From positions 7,987 to 71,986 of the forward strand of contig JBGTCV010000089.1 in assembly GCA_041748655.1 (NCBI GenBank): a stretch of DNA of 64,000 bases. Direction: 5' to 3'. Shown in pieces: positions 39,148-48,458 of this stretch. The notes under the pieces are model-generated. The model searched no databases, had not been told where the DNA came from, and was given only the letters and a program-made list of their open reading frames with translations. The position numbers and the translations under genes are program-made. Source of the DNA: Candidatus Promineifilaceae bacterium. GTDB lineage: Bacteria; Chloroflexota; Anaerolineae; Promineifilales; Promineifilaceae. Every line of letters starts with the position of its first letter. Position 1 is the stretch's first letter.

Positions 39148-39900
39148 ATGTTAAAAATCCAGAATCTGACAAAAGTTTACGAAGATGGCACTGTAGCGCT
39201 CAAAGACGTTAGTTTTGAAGTGCCAGATGGTGAATTTGTGGCCGTGATCGGCTTAAGCGGCTCCGGTAAAAGCACGCTGCTGCGCTGCATCAACCGGCTG
39301 ATTGAACCCACCTCCGGCCACATGTGGTGGAATGGCATCGAACTTTCGGAAGTGTCTGGCGAAGAGCTGCGCCGGGCGCGCCGCCAGATTGGCATGATTT
39401 TTCAACATTTCAATCTGGTCAACCGTTCCACGGTATTGACCAACGTCCTCAGTGGGCGGCTGGGTTACGTCAATCCCATCGCCAGCGTTTTGGGACGCTT
39501 CCCAGCGGCCGATATTCAACGCGCCCACGCCAGCCTGGACCGCGTAGGCATTCGCGACAAGGCGGAAAATCGAGCCGATGAGCTAAGCGGTGGCCAGCGG
39601 CAGCGGGTGGGTATTGCCCGCGCCCTGATGCAGGAGCCCAAAATGATTTTGGCCGATGAGCCGGTAGCCAGCCTGGATCCGGCGCTGGCGCACAGCATTA
39701 TGCGCCATTTACAGCAGATCAATCGCGAAGACAAAATCACGGTTTTATGCAGCCTTCACTTTTTGGATTTGGTGCAGCAGTACAGCACACGGGCTATTGC
39801 TCTGAATGAAGGTCGTTTGGTCTTCGACGGCACGCCAAAAGAAATTGATGACGCGAAATTTATTGAGATTTACGGCCGTGAAGCAGAGCGGATCGGTTAA
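39148..39900 (+). CDS. phnC: Phosphonate ABC transporter ATP-binding protein
   Basis: MLKIQNLTKVY...GLSGSGKSTLLRCINRL Walker A; LSGGQRQRVGIARAL signature; 250 aa. Confidence 0.9.
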   Translation: MLKIQNLTKVYEDGTVALKDVSFEVPDGEFVAVIGLSGSGKSTLLRCINRLIEPTSGHMWWNGIELSEVSGEELRRARRQIGMIFQHFNLVNRSTVLTNVLSGRLGYVNPIASVLGRFPAADIQRAHASLDRVGIRDKAENRADELSGGQRQRVGIARALMQEPKMILADEPVASLDPALAHSIMRHLQQINREDKITVLCSLHFLDLVQQYSTRAIALNEGRLVFDGTPKEIDDAKFIEIYGREAERIG

Positions 39901-39972
39901 CCGTAATCGGTAATCGGTGAATGGCGCATGGAGATATTGCCGATAACGAATTACGGCATACCAATTACCGAC
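39897..39972. repeat. TAATCGG heptamer-iterated inverted repeat (family D) between phnC and phnE
   Basis: CCGTAATCGGTAATCGGTGAAT...CCGATAACGAATTACGG...CCAATTACCGACC; a related copy lies at 46271-46310. Confidence 0.55.
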
Positions 39973-39994
39973 CAAGAACTCTAAAGAGCGATCC

Positions 39995-41665
39995 ATGAAA
40001 AATGAGAAAAACAACGGCCGTTTCCCTCAATGGTGGAAAACGGCCGCTATCATCCTGGTGATTTTTTTGCTTTATGCCTATGGCCTTCAGGTAACAAAGG
40101 TTAATCTGCGGGAACCCTTGCAGCCCAGGCGGCAAGAAAATCTGGTGAGCTTGCTGCGCAGCTTTGCCCGGCCAGAACTGTTTGACTATGAAACGGAGAC
40201 GCGGCGTACGGCCGTTTCCCTGCGTATGCCCTGCCCTGAAACAATTAGAGGCTCCCAGGTCTCCTTTGAGGGGCGGCAGCTGCTGATGACGCCCAACTGC
40301 GCCACCACCACCCAGGATCCGATCACCATTATTGGCAGCGGTTTCCTGCCCAATGCAGAAATAATCATTGCCTGGATCCCGCTCGGTGCCACCACCTCCC
40401 GCCGCATTATGTCCTTTAAGGCAAGTGCTGCCGGTGACTTCAATGTCACCTTCACCATGCCAGATATTCGCCCCAGCGAAGAAGCACAAAGGCTGGAAGT
40501 TGTTGAAATCGTAGACCGCAGCATTGTAGGGCTAAGCGCCACCACCTATGAAGCGCTGGATAAAATCGTCGAGACCGTCCTAATGGCTTTGATGGCCTCC
40601 ACCATCGGCACACTGATCTCTATACCCCTTTCCTTCATTGCTGCCCGCAATTTGATGCAAAACGTGAAAGCGCCGATGACGAGCATCATGTCTGGGCTTA
40701 TTTTGCTGCCCATTTTTGGCGGACTGGCATTCTGGCTGGGGCGGCTGCTGGTGGGGCCGCTGCTGAGTGCAGACAGTACGGTTTTATCCTCTATGCAAAC
40801 TGGTTTAGCGCCGTTGGGCTTTGTCGGCAACTTTATTTTTGTGCTATTTGAGCTGATCATTCTGCTGCTGCCCCTGACGCTGGGATTTGCCGGCGCACTG
40901 CTGGCAAATCTGGTAGGCAGCCGGTTTGGGGAGCAAGTTACCATGCGGCTGCCAGAAGCGACGGTCCGCATTTTGACCTTTGCGACGACTTTGTTGGGAA
41001 CGGCCGTACTCTTCATCCTCATCTCCTACTGCCTGATCTGGATCAATCTGCTCGGCATTCGTGAATTTTTCCCCGAAACAATTCAGGAACAAATCGCCCA
41101 ATTTGCCCTGCCTGGGCTTGGCCTGGGCTTGCTGGCAGCGTTGTGGACCTTACGTGCTCCGGCCAAGCACCATTACCCCATCGGCCTGGTCATCTATAAC
41201 ATCACCCGTACCATCTTCAACGCCGTCCGTTCCATTGAACCGTTGATGATGGGCTTTGTCTTTGTGGTTTGGGTAGGGCTGGGGCCGTTTGCCGGTATCA
41301 TGGCACTCACCCTGCACTCCATGGCGGACCTGGGCAAACTGTTCTCTGAAGAAGTAGAAAATATCGATGAAGGGCCCGTGGAGGCAATTACCGCCACCGG
41401 AGCCAGCCAGCTGCAACGCATCGTTTACGCCGTTGTGCCTCAAATTACGCCGCACTACATCGCCTACATCTTTTACCGCTGGGATATTAACGTGCGTATG
41501 TCCACCATCATCGGTTTTGTGGGCGGCGGGGGCATCGGCTTTGTGCTGCAACGGAATATCAACCAGCTGCTCTACTCACGGGCGGCCGTGATGGTAATAG
41601 CTATCGCCATTGTTGTCATCGTGTTGGATAACGTCAGCGCCAAGGTACGCAGCCGCATTATCTAA
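39995..41665 (+). CDS. phnE: Phosphonate ABC transporter permease with a ~280-aa N-terminal extension (one TM plus an extracytoplasmic beta-rich domain)
   Basis: The C-terminal half has the PhnE core: IGLVIYNITRTIFNAVRSIEPLMMGFVFVVWVGLGPFAGIMAL...YRWDINVRMSTIIGFVGGGGIGFVL. Confidence 0.85.
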   Translation: MKNEKNNGRFPQWWKTAAIILVIFLLYAYGLQVTKVNLREPLQPRRQENLVSLLRSFARPELFDYETETRRTAVSLRMPCPETIRGSQVSFEGRQLLMTPNCATTTQDPITIIGSGFLPNAEIIIAWIPLGATTSRRIMSFKASAAGDFNVTFTMPDIRPSEEAQRLEVVEIVDRSIVGLSATTYEALDKIVETVLMALMASTIGTLISIPLSFIAARNLMQNVKAPMTSIMSGLILLPIFGGLAFWLGRLLVGPLLSADSTVLSSMQTGLAPLGFVGNFIFVLFELIILLLPLTLGFAGALLANLVGSRFGEQVTMRLPEATVRILTFATTLLGTAVLFILISYCLIWINLLGIREFFPETIQEQIAQFALPGLGLGLLAALWTLRAPAKHHYPIGLVIYNITRTIFNAVRSIEPLMMGFVFVVWVGLGPFAGIMALTLHSMADLGKLFSEEVENIDEGPVEAITATGASQLQRIVYAVVPQITPHYIAYIFYRWDINVRMSTIIGFVGGGGIGFVLQRNINQLLYSRAAVMVIAIAIVVIVLDNVSAKVRSRII

Positions 41666-41752
41666 AATAGACATTATTGGGATTAACGCAGATTAAAGGC
41701 AAAAAATCTGCGAAATCTGCGTTAATGTGCGGATTATTTTTAGAGGAATTGT

Positions 41753-43324
41753 ATGACCAAGCGGAAACAGGACGAGAAAACACCAGCCAGACAAGCGCTG
41801 CAAACCTTTTTGGCGTTTGTGCTTTTATTTTTGCTCTACGCTGTTGCTGTGCAGGTAACAGAAATCGATCTGGGCAGGCTGCGATCAGAGACTCGGCAGA
41901 CCCAGCTGGTTGGCGTGCTGCGTTTTCTGGCAGACCCGGCGATTACCCAACCAGACCTCATCGACCCGTTGTTTGTAGAGGAAACGGAACCCTATAGCCT
42001 GACCGAAACCAGCGTCAACACATTAAGCCTCATTGTAGAAACAATTTTTATGGCGCTGTTGGCAACGACGGTTGGTACGCTGCTGGCCATTCCCGTTTCC
42101 TTTTTAGCCGCTCGCAACCTGATGCTGGAAGTCACTTCCCCGCTGGCCAGCTTTATGCTCGGTCTGGCGCTGCTGCCGTTGGGCGGGGCGCTGGGGCTGC
42201 TGGGTGCACGACAAATGGTGAGTTTTGCCGTTAACTTTAACCAGCAGCCAACCACGGCGCTGGCCATGCTGCTGGTAGCCGTGACTATCATCTGGGGGCT
42301 GCGGCGCTTTGGGCCACCCATCATTACGGAACAAAAACGCTCGACGAGGGAAACGGCCGTTGCCATCGGCGAACTAATCCTGTTTATCTTGCTCACCCTC
42401 TTTAGTCTGGCGCTCCTGGTCACGCTGGGTCAGGTCACAGGCACCTGGCTCACCGCCCAGCTGAATGCCGCAGCCTTTCCCCTGGGCAGCTTTACGGTGA
42501 ACTTTAGCTTTGTGGGCAACTTCTTCAATATTGTCGCCGATTTTCTTAGCCTGGTTTTACCGGTATTCACTGCGCTGCTGGCCGGTTTTGTGGCCATGCT
42601 GTTTGGCAGCCGGTACGGGCAAGAAGCGGTGCTGCGCCTTAGCGGCACGCCCGCCCGAACGTTAACGGCCGTTTGCACCTTTGTCGGAACGGCCGTCCTT
42701 GTCTACGGCATTGGCACCATCCTGAACTGGCTGTACCTGTTCGACAATCCGGCCAACTGGACCACCATTCCCGCCCTGGCGCTGGGTGGTGCAGCAGCAG
42801 TTGGCTCGTTGTTTGTGGCCCCGAAACGGCCGTTTCGCATCGGGTTTGCCATCTACACCCTGGCCCGCGGCATCTTCAACACCCTGCGCTCCATCGAGCC
42901 GCTCATCATGGCCATCGTCTTTGTGGTCTGGGTTGGCCTGGGGCCGTTTGCCGGGGTGATGGCCCTGACGCTGCACACCATCGCCGCCCTGGGCAAGCTG
43001 TTCTCCGAACAAATTGAAGGCATCGACGAAGGCCCCATCGAAGCCGTCACCGCCACTGGCGCCAATCGGCTGCAAACCATTGTTTTTGCCGTGATTCCGC
43101 AAATTATTCCCCCCTACATCGCCTACACGCTCTACCGTTGGGACATCAACGTGCGCATGTCCACCATCATCGGTTTTGTGGGTGGCGGCGGCATCGGCTT
43201 TCTGCTCAGCCAGAGCATTCGCCTGCTGCGCTACCGCGAAGCCAGCGTCATGATGCTGGCCATCGCCATCGTGGTTTCGCTGCTGGATTACCTTAGCTCC
43301 AGCGTGCGCCGCCGCATAATCTAA
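41753..43324 (+). CDS. phnE: Phosphonate ABC transporter permease, second copy, with an N-terminal multi-TM extension
   Basis: Same PhnE core blocks as the first copy: YTLARGIFNTLRSIEPLIMAIVFVVWVGLGPFAGVMAL...YRWDINVRMSTIIGFVGGGGIGFLL. Confidence 0.85.
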   Translation: MTKRKQDEKTPARQALQTFLAFVLLFLLYAVAVQVTEIDLGRLRSETRQTQLVGVLRFLADPAITQPDLIDPLFVEETEPYSLTETSVNTLSLIVETIFMALLATTVGTLLAIPVSFLAARNLMLEVTSPLASFMLGLALLPLGGALGLLGARQMVSFAVNFNQQPTTALAMLLVAVTIIWGLRRFGPPIITEQKRSTRETAVAIGELILFILLTLFSLALLVTLGQVTGTWLTAQLNAAAFPLGSFTVNFSFVGNFFNIVADFLSLVLPVFTALLAGFVAMLFGSRYGQEAVLRLSGTPARTLTAVCTFVGTAVLVYGIGTILNWLYLFDNPANWTTIPALALGGAAAVGSLFVAPKRPFRIGFAIYTLARGIFNTLRSIEPLIMAIVFVVWVGLGPFAGVMALTLHTIAALGKLFSEQIEGIDEGPIEAVTATGANRLQTIVFAVIPQIIPPYIAYTLYRWDINVRMSTIIGFVGGGGIGFLLSQSIRLLRYREASVMMLAIAIVVSLLDYLSSSVRRRII

Positions 43325-43327
43325 GTT

Positions 43328-43396
43328 TTTACCGCAGAGGGCGCAAAGAACGCAAAGTTCTTTTATCTCCGCGCTCTCTGCGTCCTCTGCGGTAAA
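43328..43396. repeat. Family B palindromic element, copy 2
   Basis: TACCGCAGAGGGCGCAAAGAACGCAAAG...CTCCGCGCTCTCTGCGTCCTCTGCGGTAAA. Confidence 0.6.
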
Positions 43397-43413
43397 TTTC
43401 TTGGGAGCTTTTC

Positions 43414-44229
43414 ATGGATTTTGCCGAACTGAATCAACTGCGCGAGATGGTGGTGACAACGGCCGTCACCGCCGGAAAACTGGCCCGCGAGATGTGGTCC
43501 CAGCCGCGCCAGGTCAGCCAGAAAGGGTTTCGCGACCTGGTGACCGATGCCGACATCGCCACCCAGCAGTGCATCACCGACGCCGTGCAGGCACGCTACC
43601 CCGACCACGGCTTCCTGACCGAAGAGGAAGACAGCCAGCTGCCCGCCGCCGGGCCTATCATCTGGATCATCGATCCGGTTGATGGCACCACCAACTACAG
43701 CCGCCAGATACCCGAATTTTGCATCTCCATCGCCGCCTGCCGCCCCACCCCCGGCGGCTACGAACCACTGGCCGCCGCCATCTACGACCCAATGCGCGAC
43801 GAGCTGTTCAGCGCCGCCAAAGGGCAAGGCGCCACGCTGCAAATTGGCCGAGCCGCTCCTACGCCCATGCAAGTGAGCGCCATCGCCGCCACGAACGAAG
43901 CGGTCATGGCCATCGACTGGAGCGCTTCGAGCCGGTCGCGGGTGGACATCATGAGCCTGATCAACAAGCTGGCGGAAAGTTCGTTTACGCTGCGGGCCAT
44001 CGGCACGGCCGCGCTGGCCATGGCCTGGGTGGCTGCGGGCCGGGTGGATGGCTACCTGAACCTGCGGCTGCGTCCGTGGGACGTGGCCGCCGCCCTGCTG
44101 CTGCTGCAAGAAAGCGGCGGCACGATTGTGCAGCCCGGCGGCGAGCCAATTGTGTGGGATACGGCGGGGATGGCGTGTGTGGCGAGTAACGGCCGTCTTC
44201 AACTGAATCTAGCGTCACCTCAGAATTAA
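43414..44229 (+). CDS. Inositol monophosphatase family protein (SuhB/IMPase-like)
   Basis: DLVTDADIATQ...FLTEEE...WIIDPVDGTTNY metal-binding motifs. Confidence 0.85.
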   Translation: MDFAELNQLREMVVTTAVTAGKLAREMWSQPRQVSQKGFRDLVTDADIATQQCITDAVQARYPDHGFLTEEEDSQLPAAGPIIWIIDPVDGTTNYSRQIPEFCISIAACRPTPGGYEPLAAAIYDPMRDELFSAAKGQGATLQIGRAAPTPMQVSAIAATNEAVMAIDWSASSRSRVDIMSLINKLAESSFTLRAIGTAALAMAWVAAGRVDGYLNLRLRPWDVAAALLLLQESGGTIVQPGGEPIVWDTAGMACVASNGRLQLNLASPQN

Positions 44230-44363
44230 GAGATTTGAGATTAGAGATTGTTTCAATCTCCAATCTCTTCTCCATCACGATTAGGCAAAATGTCCAATTT
44301 GTAACGGCCGTTTCCAGACAAAAATCAGTTGTCAACGCCCCCGCATAGAGTACAATCCAACTC

Positions 44364-45218
44364 ATGCGCTGGCCACCCTACAAACACGTTTTCTTCGACT
44401 GCGACTCCACCCTTACCACCGTAGAAGGGATCGATGTATTGGCCGAGACCGCCGGTAAAAAGTGGCGTGTCGAAGTCCTTACCAATGCCGCCATGGACGG
44501 TAAGCTCGACCTGGAAGACGTCTACGCCAAACGGCTGCAGGCCGTCCGCCCCACCCACGAACAAATCCAGCAAATTCGCGCCGTTTACAAACGAAACATC
44601 GTCGAAGACGCCCAGGCCGTCATTACCGCCCTGCAATTTTTAGGGCATCAAGTTTACATTATCAGCGGCGGTCTGGCCGAACCAGTGGAACAGTTTGGCC
44701 TGTTTCTGGGCGTACCCAAGCAAAATATCCGCGCTGTACAGGTGGATTACGACAGGCTGGCAGGGGATTGGTGGTACGCTGAAACTGATTTCCAAAAGCC
44801 GAGGCGCGAACGGTACATCGATTACGAAGTCGGGGCGCTGACGGTGAGTGATGGCAAAGCGCAAATTGTAAAAGAACTGTTGGGAACGCAAAACGGCCGT
44901 TCCCTTCTCATCGGCGACGGCAGCAGCGATCTCCTCGCCAGCCACACGGTAGACCTGTTCGTGGGCTATGGCGGCGTGGTGCAGCGGCAGCGCGTCAAGG
45001 CAGAATCACCCGCCTTCCTGCATACCCCCAGCCTCGCCCCCCTGCTGCTGCTGGCCGCAGGCCCAGCTGCTATCCGGCAGGTAAAAGGCACACCGCATGA
45101 AGCCGTTTTCCAAAAAGCATTTACCCTAAACAATATAGGAGCGATTGATTTTAACCATGAGCGACTCAAAGAGAAATTCCAACAAGCATGTCAAGCTGTA
45201 CATTCCCGGGCCGACTGA
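44364..45218 (+). CDS. HAD-IB family phosphatase (phosphoserine phosphatase-like)
   Basis: HVFFDCDSTLTTVEGID (DxDxT motif I); LIGDGSSDL (motif IV). Confidence 0.6.
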   Translation: MRWPPYKHVFFDCDSTLTTVEGIDVLAETAGKKWRVEVLTNAAMDGKLDLEDVYAKRLQAVRPTHEQIQQIRAVYKRNIVEDAQAVITALQFLGHQVYIISGGLAEPVEQFGLFLGVPKQNIRAVQVDYDRLAGDWWYAETDFQKPRRERYIDYEVGALTVSDGKAQIVKELLGTQNGRSLLIGDGSSDLLASHTVDLFVGYGGVVQRQRVKAESPAFLHTPSLAPLLLLAAGPAAIRQVKGTPHEAVFQKAFTLNNIGAIDFNHERLKEKFQQACQAVHSRAD

Positions 45219-46269
45219 AGTTCGGCCAGAAATTCTAGACGCCCAAACCGAATGGATGGTGGGCCACCGGATGCCTGAATGCATCGATCTGGTCGGCCGC
45301 ATTCAGCCCAAACTGCAAAAAGTGTTCGCCACCAACCGGCGCATCCTCATCAGCGCTTCCTCCGGTACCGGCTTCTGGGAAGGCGCCATCCGCAACTGCA
45401 CCGACAAGAAGGTGCTCAACTGCGTCAACGGCGCGTTCAGCGACCGCTGGCGCGATGTCACCGAGCTGAACGGCAAGGACAACGAAGTGCTGGAAGTGGA
45501 ATGGGGTCAGCCCATCCTGCCAGAAATGGTCGTCGAACGTCTGGCCAAAGGTGGCTTCGACGCCGTCACCCTGGTACACAACGAAACCAGCGCCGGGGTG
45601 GAAAGCCCCATCAAAGAGATTGCCGAAGCCATTCGCCGCCTGCCCGATGGCAACGACATCATGATCCTGGTAGACAGCGTCAGCGGCCTTTCCGGGGCGC
45701 GCCTGGCGTTCGACGCCTGGGATCTGGACGTGGTGCTCACCTCCAGCCAAAAAGCGTTTGCCCTCCCAGCCGGGCTGGCGTTCTGCGCCGTTTCCGAACG
45801 GGCCATGGCCAAAGCCGCCACCGTCAAAAATCGCGGCTACTACTTCGATTTCATCACCCTGGACAAGTCTATGGCCAAAAACCAGACGCCGGCCACGCCT
45901 GCCATCTCCCTGCTCTTTGCCCTGGATCGCCAGCTGGACGACATGATGGTCGAAGGGATGGAAGGCCGCTTTGCCCGCCACCTGGCCATGCGCGACATGA
46001 CCATCGCCTGGGCCAAAAGCCACGGCTTTGAGCTGCTGGCCCCCGAAGGGTACGAATCACCCACCGTGACCTGCATCAAGAACAACAAGGGCATCGACAT
46101 CTCGGCCCTAAACAGCTTCCTGCGCGAACGGGGCATGATTCTGTCCAACGGTTACGGCAGCCGCCTGAAAAACGTCACCTTCCGCATTGCCCACATGGGT
46201 GACATGCAGCCATCGGACATGGAAGAGCTGTTCAGCAACGTGGATGAATATTTAGCCCAAAGCGCCTAA
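45157..46269 (+). CDS. Class V aminotransferase (serine-glyoxylate / alanine-glyoxylate / phosphoserine aminotransferase type, PLP-dependent)
   Basis: KLYIPGPTEV N-terminal motif; SSQKAF PLP-lysine region. The start overlaps the end of the HAD gene. Confidence 0.8.
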   Translation: MSDSKRNSNKHVKLYIPGPTEVRPEILDAQTEWMVGHRMPECIDLVGRIQPKLQKVFATNRRILISASSGTGFWEGAIRNCTDKKVLNCVNGAFSDRWRDVTELNGKDNEVLEVEWGQPILPEMVVERLAKGGFDAVTLVHNETSAGVESPIKEIAEAIRRLPDGNDIMILVDSVSGLSGARLAFDAWDLDVVLTSSQKAFALPAGLAFCAVSERAMAKAATVKNRGYYFDFITLDKSMAKNQTPATPAISLLFALDRQLDDMMVEGMEGRFARHLAMRDMTIAWAKSHGFELLAPEGYESPTVTCIKNNKGIDISALNSFLRERGMILSNGYGSRLKNVTFRIAHMGDMQPSDMEELFSNVDEYLAQSA

Positions 46270-46501
46270 AACCTGTAATCGGTTATCGGCATACGGTTAT
46301 TGGTATTGCCTGGCCTTTGTAAGATAAAAATGGAGTGAAAAGCCGGGAAATCAGATTTTCCGGCTTTTTTATGTTTACCTATTGACAGGTATATGCGAAC
46401 TATGCTACGTTTCCTCCCTGTCCTTCATTATCATTATCGTGAAGTCCGATTTACACCATCCATGCGACAAAACCATCAGCAGCAAAATAAAAGGACGTTG
46501 A

Positions 46502-47110
46502 ATGATTCAAGCAGTAATTTTTGATGTGGGTGGCGTTTTGCTGCGTACCGAAGATCGTGCTCCCCGGCAGCAGTGGGAAGCCCGGTTGGGTCTGGCCCCT
46601 GGCGGGGCGGCAGCGCTGGTGTTTGACAGTGAAATCGGCCAAAAAGCGCAGCGCGGCGAGATTAGCGAGCCTGAGCTGTGGGGCTGGATTGGCTCGCACT
46701 TGAACCTGTCGCCGGATGAAACGGCCGCTTTCCGCATCGGCTTCTGGGCTGGAGATCAACTGGACACCGGCCTTGTCGCCTTTATTCGTCAGCTCAAAAG
46801 CCGCTACCAAACTGCCATCATCAGCAACTACGCCAGCAATTTACGCCCCGAACTCACCCACCTGTTCGGCATCGCCGACGCCTTTGATGAGATCATCATC
46901 TCCTGCGAAGAAAAAGTGATGAAGCCAGACCCTGAAATCTTTCACCGGGCGCTGCGGCGGCTGGGTCGCGCCCCGGAAGAAGCGGTCTTCATCGACGACT
47001 TCCGGCACAACATCGAAGCGGCCGAGGCAGTGGGGCTGGCCGCCGTTCACTTTCAGCCAGGGCTGGATTTGCCACTCGCCTTGCAGCAGTTAGGCGTTTT
47101 GTTAGGTTAG
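46502..47110 (+). CDS. HAD-IA family hydrolase
   Basis: MIQAVIFDVGGVLL (DxG motif I); FIDDFRHNIEAA (motif IV). Confidence 0.8.
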   Translation: MIQAVIFDVGGVLLRTEDRAPRQQWEARLGLAPGGAAALVFDSEIGQKAQRGEISEPELWGWIGSHLNLSPDETAAFRIGFWAGDQLDTGLVAFIRQLKSRYQTAIISNYASNLRPELTHLFGIADAFDEIIISCEEKVMKPDPEIFHRALRRLGRAPEEAVFIDDFRHNIEAAEAVGLAAVHFQPGLDLPLALQQLGVLLG

Positions 47111-47301
47111 CTGATAACCTATTCCATATCATTATTAACCACTTTTATCACCTTACAAGTCAGATGCTTGCACGCTGAACAAGAATTTTTAACGCAAAGA
47201 TGCAAAGGAACAAAGCCGCAAAAGGTTTTCTTGGCATCTTTACCTACTTTGCGCCTTTGCGTTAATTTTTTTCTGGCTTGTCCAGTTTAGGAGAATATTT
47301 C

Positions 47302-48411
47302 ATGGCAAAGGCACCCCTTTTTCAGAATGATCCGCGCTGGGAAAACAGCATTATGGGTTTTGGAAAGACGGAAACGATTGGCAAATTGGGCTGCCTGGTT
47401 ACCAGCCTGGCGATGGTGGGCAACCATTTTGGCGGCAACGAAACGGTGGCCTCTTTTAACGAGAAGATGAAGCAAAATAACGGCTTCCAGGGGCCGTGGG
47501 TGAAGGCGTTTCAGATCACCTCGGTTTTTCCCAACGTCCGGTACCAAAAGCGAATTGAGTGCAACAACCAGGATGCGCCGCTGGTTGAAATTGACGCCGC
47601 CCTTGAAGCCGGATCATTGGCCGTGGTGCGGGTGGATTATTCGCCCGCGCCGGGTATTCAAAGCCATTGGGTAGTGGTACATAAAAAAGATGGCAGCGAT
47701 TACAAAATGTGGGACCCGCATAACAGCCCAGACAAGCCATCGACAGTGGTAGGGCGCTTTGGCTTTGCCGGAACGGCCGAAAAAATCATCCAGGAAATCA
47801 TCTTTTTTGGCGAAGGGACATTGGCTGAATCCAAGCCGAGCAGCAGCAGCAAACCCGCGCCACAGCCAACGGTCAGTACGGCCGTTCCCACCCCCACCCC
47901 AGAAACTGACGCTCTCATTGTAGCCCCCACCATCAACGGCCTAACAATGCGCGACCAGCCCAAAATTTCCGGCTCCAACGTGCTGAAATATTTGCCCCAA
48001 AGCAGCAAGCTGGTGGTGCTGGAGGATGCCGCCACCACCCAAACAAAAATTGGCAAGCGCAACAACTGGTTCCGGGTGCGCGAGATTGAAGGGAAAGAGG
48101 GATATGTGGCGGCGTGGTATGTAACGGCCGTTTCCAACCCAGCCCTGGGCGCTCACAAAACCAGCCAGGCGCATCAGCCCTCCACCCCCACCAAACTGGT
48201 CGTCAAAACCAGCGGCTCCAGCGTTTCGCTGCGCACCGAACCCCGCGTAGCCAGCAGCACGCTGATTACCTACCTGCCCTTTGGCACCGAACTGCTGGTG
48301 ATTGAAGATGGCGACGCCAGCAAGATTGGCCAGCAAAACCAGTGGCTGAACGTGCAAACAGTTACCGGGCGTAAAGGGTACGTAGCGGCCTGGTTTGTGC
48401 AAAAAGTTTAG
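47302..48411 (+). CDS. Papain-like (C39-like) cysteine peptidase domain followed by two bacterial SH3 (SH3b) domains
   Basis: AGGAGA RBS. GKLGCLVTSLAMVGNHFG is a catalytic-Cys region. Two ~65-aa repeats (LTMRDQPKISGSNV...GYVAAWYV; VSLRTEPRVASS...GYVAAWFV) are typical of SH3_3. Confidence 0.55.
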   Translation: MAKAPLFQNDPRWENSIMGFGKTETIGKLGCLVTSLAMVGNHFGGNETVASFNEKMKQNNGFQGPWVKAFQITSVFPNVRYQKRIECNNQDAPLVEIDAALEAGSLAVVRVDYSPAPGIQSHWVVVHKKDGSDYKMWDPHNSPDKPSTVVGRFGFAGTAEKIIQEIIFFGEGTLAESKPSSSSKPAPQPTVSTAVPTPTPETDALIVAPTINGLTMRDQPKISGSNVLKYLPQSSKLVVLEDAATTQTKIGKRNNWFRVREIEGKEGYVAAWYVTAVSNPALGAHKTSQAHQPSTPTKLVVKTSGSSVSLRTEPRVASSTLITYLPFGTELLVIEDGDASKIGQQNQWLNVQTVTGRKGYVAAWFVQKV

Positions 48412-48458
48412 AATGAAAATTTTACCGCAGGGGGCGCAAAGATCGCAGGGGTAAACCC

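Noticed and set aside
45235-46031. Two overlapping ORFs (minus 262 aa, plus 250 aa) inside the aminotransferase gene
   Set aside because: Alternative frames of a gene with clear class V aminotransferase motifs; Gly/Arg-rich low complexity.
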